This document shows, one piece after another, positions 44,115 to 54,280 of a DNA stretch of 64,000 nt. The DNA is from Octopus sinensis (Eukaryota): assembly GCF_006345805.1 (NCBI RefSeq), contig NC_042997.1:105586001-105650000 (forward strand). Direction: 5' to 3'. Position numbers and translations under genes: made by a program. Each line of letters begins with the position of its first letter. Position 1 is the stretch's first letter. The notes beneath the pieces were generated by a model, which saw nothing but the letters and a program-made list of their open reading frames with translations, had not been told where the DNA came from and did not search any database.

Positions 44115-44282
44115 AGGCAACTGGCCTCTCCTATAGCCTCGGTCCGACCAAAGCCTTGTGGGTGGATTTGAGGGACGGAAACTGAAAGAAGCCCGTCGTA
44201 TATATATATATATATATATATATTATAAGGTTTCGAGATGATGTACAGGTATTGTATATTAGAAGAAATGAGGTATTCAGAA
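44109..44282. repeat. Inverted duplicate of the array flanks (48172-48231 joined to 50793-50892)
   Basis: About 4 mismatches in 150 non-microsatellite bp; shared SINE variants ggcaactggcctctcc and ttgagggacgg. Confidence 0.9.
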
Positions 44283-44288
44283 TGAGGT

Positions 44289-44399
44289 AACTAGAATGGA
44301 GCGCTAGCACACATTTGTTTATTTATCTGTGTATTTATTATGTTTTCAGGATCGTCTATCGTCATATGTTGTGGTGTGTGCTAGCGCTCCATTCTAGTT
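44289..44399. repeat. Perfect 25-bp inverted repeat with 61-bp spacer
   Basis: aactagaatggagcgctagcacaca (44289-44313) / tgtgtgctagcgctccattctagtt (44375-44399). Confidence 0.92.
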
Positions 44400-44450
44400 T
44401 TTAACAATGTATACACATACGCATGCACACACATTCACAAACACACACAC

Positions 44451-44496
<46 letters not shown>

Positions 44497-44835
44497 ATAT
44501 ATATATAGATATACTTATTATATATCTATATATATTATATATATATGTTATACATATATATATTTATATTATTCATACATACATATATATAAACAAATAC
44601 GTGACAAAAGTTAAAATGTTAGCATATGTGTGTATACACGTACTTTCTAATATAATACAGATTGCAGGGAAAAGAATAATTATGAGATTATAAGTACTGT
44701 AAGGTTCCGAATATTTATCGTCTACCAAAATTTACAAGATTGTGGGAAAGGACTTTCACTCATACTTGAATGATGAGTGATATATTTTGGCGTATGAAAT
44801 GGTTAAAATAAGACAGATTTACAAATGCTTAAAAG

Positions 44836-44908
<73 letters not shown>

Positions 44909-45014
44909 GCATAACACATTCAGGAGGCAATACATTAAACACATGCACATGTATGCACAGGCACACATATACACACATATGTCTATGTACGTATGTATGC
45001 TAATACCTACCCGC

Positions 45015-45112
<98 letters not shown>

Positions 45113-45314
45113 GTGTAGATACATAATATACGTATGTGTGAAATAAATAAATAACTATACATATAAATAAATTAGATAGGTGTATATTATATATATGTAT
45201 GCATATTTGTAATACTCATGTATGTATATATACGTGTATATGTGTTTATATATGTGTGTCTATGGAGATAATAATAATAATCATACAGATAATCAGATGA
45301 TGGTATATATATAT

Positions 45315-45350
<36 letters not shown>

Positions 45351-46328
45351 ATATATATATATATAATATAAACATATATATATGCCTACTTACATATACA
45401 TATATATTTATATATGTATGTAAATATATATGTACATATATATACATACATATGTATGTATTTATACACATACATGCGCTCATACGCATGTATGTATGTG
45501 TTCCTGTGTCTATGTACGTACGTAGGTATGTATACTCAACGAAGAAGGAAGTGATTACACAGAATTGTCTAGGAAATGAAAAAGGGAAAACTGAAGGGTG
45601 ATAAAGTTCAAGAGTAATGACCAAAACAGATGCTTTCTGAGTGGTAAGAGAAAGACGGCAATACAGAAGGACGTATCACTTGGTTGCTTATGAAAATAAC
45701 AGAACGCAATATTAAAGCAGTTGATATATGAATGTATTATCTGGAAATCCCAAGATGAAACGAAACAGAATAAAACATTTACATAACTTATTCAGATTCT
45801 AGTATTGAATCGCTTGTTGCTTTCTGTATGCTTTATTTCTTTTCATATTTACATTACTTTTCTTTTTCTCTTTCAATTTCTCCTCTAACATTTTAGCCCT
45901 AAAGAGCGGTGATGGAATGTTACACTGGACGAATGCCGGAAAAAAAATGTCTTGCGATATGAAGTTGTGTCCTCTTATTTCACAAGTTCAATTCACACTG
46001 GGTATGATAAAAAAAAATTAATGGATAGATAGACATAGACACATATATACAGAGCGATAACTACAGAAATTCATAAACATATGTATATACGAATATATTT
46101 ACGTAGAGTATAAAATATACACGGAGCCGATCTTATGTTAATGTCTGTCTGTCTCTCTTTACTGGTGACACACCCAAGACATTTTAGCACATTTCATCAG
46201 CAAAATACGAACATTACGATTATTACGCAAATCTGAGCTTCTCGAAACAGCAGTTGAGTTCATGAATTGCACATGCTCTTCTTAGTATTCTGTATGTTTG
46301 TATGGTCCATGTAATATATGTATATGTA

Positions 46329-46381
<53 letters not shown>

Positions 46382-48237
46382 ATGTGTGTCTTTGTGTGTC
46401 TGTGTGTGTGTGTACGTTTTTATGTTTCTGAATATATGTAGATATATGTGTTTATATATGTCTGTCTACCTATATACATATTCATACACACACACACTCA
46501 TATATGTTTGTATATATATATATATATAAAACAAGCCTAATTATGCGTATCTGCATCACTACTTCCATATCAGATCCCCTTGGATTTACTTCTAGCCACT
46601 CTTTATGTCGTGAACCCAGTTCTGGATGAACATTTCGGAGTTGAACTTCAAATTCATTTGAGTATTACTATGTGTTTTCTATACAGAGCATATGTAGCTC
46701 TATACACAGCATATATACCTCTCATCTTATCCCTGTCCATATGTGTGTGATACAATTAATACTAAACTCCTTGTTCCTTTGTGTTTGCACCACTGATAAG
46801 TTCATACTTTAGATCGTAAAATGCAGCGGACGCCCGAATTTGTATTGAAAACCCTTGAGGCTTATTTTGTTTTTCTTTTATTTCTGGTCTATATAATTAA
46901 TAGTAAAATAGATATTGGATCGTAATATAGACAACACTCTTTCAATGCTATTAGCATTGAGTCTATGTCAGAAATGTATGCTAGTTGCAAAAATTATTGT
47001 AATTTCTTTATATTATATTTCTATACGTCGTTTTTGTATCCATATTTGTTTACATATTTAATATTTGTCTCTGCTTGAAACAAATATATCTAATACGTTA
47101 TTATTCTCGTATGATTTCTGAAGATTTCCCGCAGAGCGCTTTTGTACGGTATATAGAAGATACGTATCATTGTTAGATGATTATTATTTTCCCCTTTCAA
47201 ATTAATGCCGACTACTTATACGAAACCATATTGAGTGAAACGAATCACAAATTTCCTATGATACCCGCTACTTCTTTTCCTGATCGTCTTAAACATTGAG
47301 TGTAAAGTTATTATCCCACATGGGATTGAGAATAAGAGATTTTTTGGAACTGCCATACATGGAGTGTATGAAGAGAAAAGGCATGCTGTTAACTGTAGAC
47401 ATTAAAGGATATTATATTTATAGACTCCCATCCAAACAAACGAGGCTTTAGAGTTTATATGTTGATCTTCTCTAAGGATTTATCAAGGTTCCTCACTAAC
47501 TGTTCGTATTCAATTCCTTGTTGAACCATATCATAACTAGACATACCATACTATAACTCTCACATATTTGTGATAATGGCTACCACTAACAGTCTTAAAA
47601 GATATTTGCTGCCAGGTAAGTTCACGCTTGGTCTACCTTATGATAGCAATGACCTTCATGGACCACAAATAATCATTAGCGATATTTTCGTTTGAAATTT
47701 ATTCACCTGATCTGCATTAACAAAAAAAATTAATCCATGTTTAATTATTTTCTCTTATGCTTGCTGCAGGTAACTCTGGTTTTGTTGATTCTGGACAAAG
47801 TCAATTGATTTTATGTTAATATGTACACAACCGTTTTTACTCTGGTACATACTTTGCTATATTTCTTCATCAATAGAGTAAGAGAAAATAACACAATGGC
47901 GTTCTTGTTAAATTTAGAAGAGAAATTTAGAAATTTAGAAAAGAAAATATATACTTCAAAACATCTAGATTTCTTTTGAACTCTCGGAACAAGAAAGGTA
48001 TTCAATCTGGAAAGGAAACAAGTATAGATATTACAATCAGAATCAGATTTCTAGCCATTGTATTGAAGACTCCACTAGAGTGGACGAAAGCGCTAATGTA
48101 TGATACATGATTGATAAAAACATGTAACATACTAATAAATATCTATATCTAAATATAATACCATCTAGATTTCTGAATACCTCGTTTCTTCTAATATACA
48201 ATACCTGTACATCATCTCGAAACCTTATAATATATAT

Positions 48238-48290
<53 letters not shown>

Positions 48291-48450
48291 GCGTATTTTT
48301 GCCATTTCAATATGGCTACCCCTAAGGGTGGATGCTACTGTAGTTTTAGCCCCAGGAGGACACACTCCTCCAGCTGGCCATATACACACTATCTGTGTCC
48401 TGTCAGTATTTGCAAAGGGAAGTCATCCTTCCCGTCTTCAACTTATGATA

Positions 48451-48495
48451 CACACGGACTCGAGTTTCGAGGTATTGACCTCTCGTCAGCGTGTG
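48451..48495 (-). ncRNA. Type I hammerhead ribozyme, copy 1 (intact core)
   Basis: cacacg-CUGACGA-GAGGU(CAAU)ACCUC-GAAA-CUCGAG-UC/cgugug; predicted cut between 48457 and 48456. Confidence 0.92.
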
Positions 48496-48801
48496 ACAAT
48501 CATAGTTGTCGCCGAGAATGTAGTTTCCTTCACAAATACTTATACTTTTTCCAGCGCCCACTGTCGCTGATATTGAAAAAGTGAAATCAAACATTGATAA
48601 ATATCAAAGTGAGTTATAACAGTAGCGGTAACACATCGGGCGTATTTTTGCCATTTCAATATGGCTAACCCCTAAGGGTGGATGCTACTGTAGTTTTTAG
48701 CCCCAGGAGGACACACTCCTCCAGCTGGCCATATACACACTATCTGTGTCCTGTCAGTATTTGCAAAGGGAAGTCATCCTTCCCGTCTTCAACTTATGAT
48801 A

Positions 48802-48846
48802 CACACGGACTCGAGTTTCGAGGTATTGACCTCTCGTCAGCGTGTG
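48802..48846 (-). ncRNA. Type I hammerhead ribozyme, copy 2 (intact core)
   Basis: Identical 45-nt motif. Confidence 0.92.
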
Positions 48847-49151
48847 ACAATCATAGTTGTCGCCGAGAATAGATTTCCTTCACAAATACTTATACTTTTT
48901 CCAGCGTCCACTGTCGCTGATATTGAAAAAGTGAAATCAAACAATGATAAATATCAAAGTGAGTTATATACAGTAGCGGTAACACATCGTGGCGTATTTT
49001 TGCCATTTCACAATATGGCTAACCCTAGGGGGATGCTACTGTAGTTTTTAGCCCCAGGAGGACACACTCCTCCAGCTGGCCATATACACACTATCTGTGT
49101 CCTGTTAGTATTTGCAAAGGGAAGTCATCCTTCCCGTCTTAACTTATGATA

Positions 49152-49195
49152 CACACGGACTCGAGTTCGAGGTATTGACCTCTCGTCAGCGTGTG
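49152..49195 (-). ncRNA. Type I hammerhead, copy 3 (GAAA reads GAA)
   Basis: Plus reads gagttcgagg instead of gagtttcgagg; 1-nt homopolymer loss may be a sequencing error. Confidence 0.75.
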
Positions 49196-49502
49196 ACAAT
49201 CATAGTTGTCGCCGAGAATTAGATTTCCTTCACAAATACTTATACTTTTTCCAGCGCCACTGTCGCTGATATTGAAAAAGTGAAATCAAACAATGATAAA
49301 TATCAAAGTGAGGTTATATACAGTAGCGGTAACACATCGTGGCGTATTTTTGCCATTTCAATATGGCTAACCCCTAAGGGTGGATGCTACTGTAGTTTTT
49401 AGCCCCAGGAGGACACACTCCTCCAGCTGGCCATATACACACTATCTGTGTCCTGTCAGTATTTGCAAGGGAAGTCATCCTTCCCGTCTTCAACTTATGA
49501 TA

Positions 49503-49547
49503 CACACGGACTCGAGTTTCGAGGTATTGACCTCTCGTCAGCGTGTG
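49503..49547 (-). ncRNA. Type I hammerhead ribozyme, copy 4 (intact core)
   Basis: Identical 45-nt motif. Confidence 0.92.
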
Positions 49548-49858
49548 ACAATCATAGTTGTCGCCGAGAATTAGATTTCCTTCACAAATACTTATACTTT
49601 TTCCAGCGCCCACTGTCGTCACTGATATTGAAAAAGTGAAATCAAACAATGATAAATATCAAAGTGAGTTATATACAGTAGCGGTAACACATCGTGGCGT
49701 ATTTTTGCCATTTCAATATGGCTAACCGCTAAGGGTGGATGCTACTGTAGTTTTTAGCCCCAGGAGGACACACTCCTCCAGCTGGCCATATACACACTAT
49801 CTGTGACCTGTTAGTATTTGCAAAGGGAAGTCATCCTTCCCGTCTTCAACTTATGATA

Positions 49859-49903
49859 CACACGGACTCGAGTTTCGAGGTATTGACCTCTCGTCAGCGT
49901 GTG
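49859..49903 (-). ncRNA. Type I hammerhead ribozyme, copy 5 (intact core)
   Basis: Identical 45-nt motif. Confidence 0.92.
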
Positions 49904-50211
49904 ACAATCATAGTTGTCGCCGAGAATTAGATTTCCTTCACAAATACTTATACTTTTTCCAGCGCCCACTGTCGCTGATATTGAAAAAGTGAAATCAAAC
50001 AATGATAAATATCAAAGTGAGTTATATACAGTAGCGGTAACACATCGTGGCGTATTTTTGCCATTTCAATATGGCTAACCCCTAAGGGTGGATGCTACTG
50101 TAGTTTTTAGCCCCAGGAGGACACACTCCTCCAGCTGGCCATATACACACTATCTGTGTCCTGTCAGTATTTGCAAAGGGAAGTCATCCTTCCCGTCTTC
50201 AACTTATGATA

Positions 50212-50256
50212 CACACGGACTCGAGTTTCGAGGTATTGACCTCTCGTCAGCGTGTG
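50212..50256 (-). ncRNA. Type I hammerhead ribozyme, copy 6 (intact core)
   Basis: Identical 45-nt motif; cut between 50218 and 50217. Confidence 0.92.
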
Positions 50257-50564
50257 ACAATCATAGTTGTCGCCGAGAATTAGATTTCCTTCACAAATAC
50301 TTATACTTTTTCCAGCGCCCACTGTCGCTGATATTGAAAAAGTGAAATCAAACAATGATAAATATCAAAGTGAGTTATATACAGTAGCGGTAACACATCG
50401 CGGCGTATTTTTGCCATTTCAATATGGCTAACCCCTAAGGGTGGATGCTACTGTAGTTTTTAGCCCCAGGAGGACACACTCCTCCAGCTGGCCATATACA
50501 CACTATCTGTGTCCTGTTAGTATTTGCAAAGGGAAGTCATCCTTCCCGTCTTCAACTTATGATA

Positions 50565-50609
50565 CACACGGACTCGAGTTTCGAGGTATTGACCTCTCGT
50601 CAGCGTGTG
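50565..50609 (-). ncRNA. Type I hammerhead ribozyme, copy 7 (intact core)
   Basis: Identical 45-nt motif; cut between 50571 and 50570. Confidence 0.92.
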
Positions 50610-50792
50610 ACAATCATAGTTGTCGCCGAGAATTAGATTTCCTTCACAAATACTTATACTTTTTCCAGCGCCCACTGTCGCTGATATTGAAAAAGTGAAA
50701 TCAAACAATGATAAATATCAAAGTGAGTTATATACAGTAGCGGTAACACATCGTGGCGTATTTTTGCCATTTCAATATGGCTAACCCCTAAT

Positions 50793-50960
50793 ATATATAT
50801 ATACGACGGGCTTCTTTCAGTTTCCGTCCCTCAAATCCACTCACAAGGCTTTGGTCGAACCGAGGCTATAGGAGAGGCCAGTTGCCCAAGGTACCACACA
50901 GTCAGACTGAACCCAGAACCAAGAGGTTGGTAAGCAAACTACTTACCACACAGCCACGGG
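50793..50960 (-). mobile_element. 5' half of the long tRNA-derived SINE
   Basis: Minus: cccgtggctgtgtggtaagtag..gggttcagtc..gaaagaagcccgtcgtatata. Confidence 0.85.
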
Positions 50961-51057
50961 AAATATAGTTTCGGTTTACAAAAAAATCGAGTAATGATAG
51001 GCATTCAGGAAAGAATTAAATTCATAATACGAGCTCCCACTGTAATTCATATAGATA

Positions 51058-51440
51058 ATGTGCTCGAGACCTTTTGTGGTATTCGAAATAGTTTGCAGCA
51101 AATGTAGAGTATCCTACATTGTGACCATCACCAAGAATCTTCATGTGCGAATCCAGGAACACATGTGCAAACATGCAACCAGAAAAAAGCCAGACCCAAG
51201 ATTTCAAGTAATCCATCAAGGCCTCTCAGTGCAACAGAAACGATCTCGGAGTCATGGAAGAACTCTTTATCAACAAACTGAGACCAGCTAAAACTAACAG
51301 AGAAGAGTTACATAAAGCATACTGGTTACTATATGTCTCATCTCCACTTGTTCTAGTCTTATCCAACAAGTCTCTGTCCGACGAACGGGAACGTGAAACT
51401 CAGAGTAACAGGTTTTGTTGAATTTCTGCTGCTTTTAAAT

Positions 51441-51445
<5 letters not shown>
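51058..51445 (+). mobile_element. Penelope-like element 3' end: GIY-YIG endonuclease remnant plus decayed hammerhead (51374-51411)
   Basis: VVFEIVCSKCRVSYIVTITKNLHVRIQEH, then frameshifted LGVMEELFINKLRP..NREE; downstream ctgt-CCGACGA-acg(ggaa)cgt-GAAA-ctcagag-TA-acag. Confidence 0.85.
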
Positions 51446-51474
<29 letters not shown>

Positions 51475-51477
<3 letters not shown>

Positions 51478-51936
51478 TATTCCCTCGCCATATCACTGTT
51501 CACCTTTCGCGCACTCAATACATCGCGGATTTTCCTGGCTAATATATGTATATTTATATCGTGGACACTTCAGTACACCGCGGGTTTCTGCGAAGCATTT
51601 TCACGCCTGGAAAATTGATAAATGAATGACTAAAATTACAGTACTGCGCTATAACACTTTAAGTAAAACACTTTATATTATAACATTTTAAGTAAAATAT
51701 ATTAAAAGATAGTACTTAGTGTACCGTAGATGAGTAAACAGAGACTCGCACATACTGTATGGAAAACGAAACTCAGGAAGCGAATGTGTGGTGCTGTTTT
51801 GCATTTATAATAAAATAAATATATACAAATTATAAAAATAATAAAACATTTATACAGTACGGTTTCTACTTCGTGGGTTTTCACCTGTTGCGGGAGGTCT
51901 TGGAACGAAACACCCGCGATAGTCGAGGGTTTACCG
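51475..51936. mobile_element. Tigger/pogo-like MITE
   Basis: TA-cagtattccctcgccatatc ... cgcgatagtcgagggtttaccg; imperfect TIRs; sits in (TA)n. Confidence 0.75.
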
Positions 51937-51943
51937 TGTATAT

Positions 51944-51976
<33 letters not shown>

Positions 51977-52720
51977 TAAAGAAGCCGTTTGGATAAGGCC
52001 GGAACACTCAGAGATCATATATAAATTAAATTGCAAATAGCAACAAATTATATATATATATATATATATATACACAGGTGTGTAATGTATGTATATTTAT
52101 ATATTAAATATATATCAATACCTATTATGTCCTCATTGGCCTCGTAGCACCACTGGAACTTTATAACAAACATCTTTAGAGTTTCATTAAATTCACGTGT
52201 TTTCCCTTCGTTTCCTTCTTTCTCGTGACAACCTCATTCTCCAGTTTTCTTTTTAGTTCTCTTAGCTATTCCCCCCTATCTCCCCACATTATTTTATCTT
52301 CTTCCTCTTTCTCTCATATCACTTCACACTTTCTCCCTTGTTAACTGCTAGTGTTAAACCAATGATATAAGCCCAAACATGTAAACAGAATTGAATTCTG
52401 GAAAGCACATTCAATCTTGCTATGTTTAGATTTTCACGCCAGTTTGTTTAGGAATATAGATAAAACCATTTTCAAATATAATCAACGTGCTAAATAGATG
52501 CCCATACTGGTCTTGAAGTCGACTTAATATTAATGGTAAACAAACTGCGAGTTATGGTGTAGAGTAGGCAAGTTAACTATCAGAACATCTGCCTGTTAGA
52601 GGTATCAGATCTGTTACTAGAAGTTAACTGATGTTTTTATAAGTAACTCAGCTTAATTTATAAATATACATTCATGCTTTCAGACTTAAATAACACGCAC
52701 AGACACACACTAACACTACT

Positions 52721-52754
<34 letters not shown>

Positions 52755-52928
52755 ACACACTCACTCATACACACATAGACACAACATTCACGTACATACC
52801 CGTATAGATACCCATATATATTTATATTTTTATGTCTGTAAGCACGCCGCCTCTGTGTGTGTGCGTGTGTGTGTATGTATACATGTACGAATATATAGAT
52901 ATAGATATATGTACGTACATATATATAC

Positions 52929-53009
<81 letters not shown>

Positions 53010-53071
53010 TGAGAGAGAGAGAGAGAGTGAAAGAAAGAGAGAGAGAGAAAAAGTGAGAGAGAGAGAGAGAG

Positions 53072-53200
53072 AATTACGTTCCCCGAATTTCAAGTCTTCC
53101 TACTCTACCTATGTTCAGTGAATACCACAGAAGAAGCAAGGATAAACAAAGAAAATCTTTTTATACAAAAGTACAAACCTAGGCTTAACAAACTTTAACA
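53072..53200 (+). mobile_element. PLE GIY-YIG extreme C-terminal fragment
   Basis: FQVFLLYLCSVNTTEEARINKENLFIQKYKPRLNKL-stop resembles the R..KE..FI.K.KP.LN PLE ending. Confidence 0.55.
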
Positions 53201-54280
53201 GACTACATACATAAATAATCATTCACACACAAAACTCATTCTGCTACTTAACATGAGCAGCCTACACAACTAATAACCTAAACTTTAGCCACTGGACTAC
53301 ATACAAACAACTCCTGTCCACTCTCCCACCAGACAGATTGAATTTGGAGTGCGTTGACTGTAACTAAACATGTCACTCATTCATGTCGGCCATCTTTTTA
53401 GGCGCAAAAAATACTGTCACGTGACACTAACGCACGGACGTAGCGAAGAACTATAAAAGGTTCTAAACTTAATCACGTGTTCATACTCTTGAGAGAAATC
53501 ATTCAGAACTTTGACTGTTTGGACATGTTGAGTCGACCGTGTCAGCCTTTACTTACGATGCCAAACATTGTCACTTGATACTAATACACGGACGTAGCGG
53601 GGAACCTACTAAAATTTCTAAGACCAGTCATGTGACTATTCTCTTCCAATCAAATCCTATTCGAAATATATACTAATTAGAGCCATTTTTTCTGTGTCTT
53701 CTGTTCCCCGCTTAAATTTTTGTTAATTATAGTTCCTTATAAGTGTATTATTTCTGTTTCTGATATTATTGGGCTCAGATGATATACTTTTGGATTATTT
53801 GTCCTCTAAATTTTATCCAAGAGTTCAATTGTTTGGATTCCATTGAAAATAGAATGTATAAAACTGGAAAATATTCCTATCTTAGTTTTTAGTTTATTAG
53901 CAACTTTTAGTTTTATTAGAAACAGATGAGAAGTAAAGTGCTGGGAAGTTATATCGATAATGTCATTATTTTCGTCGGATCTGCTTTGTTTATTTTTCGT
54001 GGTAATGAATTTTAAACGCCCTGTTTTTGGACCACTATCTTTAGTTCAAAGAGAGCACTTACAATTTTAAACTTAATTTGAATGATACGGCTTTCATTTG
54101 TATTATTATTAACGTAGTTATTTGTATCTGTCTTGGTTTGAGAAATACATGTTCAATCGGTAGTTATATGTATCTTGAAGAACAGGGATATATTTCAAGG
54201 TTGATGATCAACGTAAATTTGCGACGTTAACAAGAATGCTTAATGGAAAACATGTATGAACATTTCGTTTTGGGATTTGG

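Larger units (their letters stand above)
48288..50791 (-). mobile_element. Tandem array of ~353-bp units (7 copies + 39 bp), each with a type I hammerhead: non-LTR retrozyme-like
   Basis: Hammerhead-to-hammerhead periods 351, 350, 351, 356, 353, 353; near-identical units; (TA)n on both sides; no conserved ORF. Confidence 0.92.

Noticed and set aside
48288-50791. Array as a CRISPR locus or as a coding repeat (MDATVVFSPRR.., MFDFTFSIS..)
   Set aside because: No unique spacers and no cas genes; the short ORFs are broken differently among copies and match no domain I know.
50781-50791. Telomere-like CTAACCCCTAA at the array end
   Set aside because: Only 11 nt, part of the accc/gggt hairpin, and the ribozyme-strand RNA would be G-rich, the wrong polarity to anneal to a telomeric overhang.
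53700-54200. Possible decayed LINE ORF2 on minus
   Set aside because: No diagnostic motif could be read with confidence.
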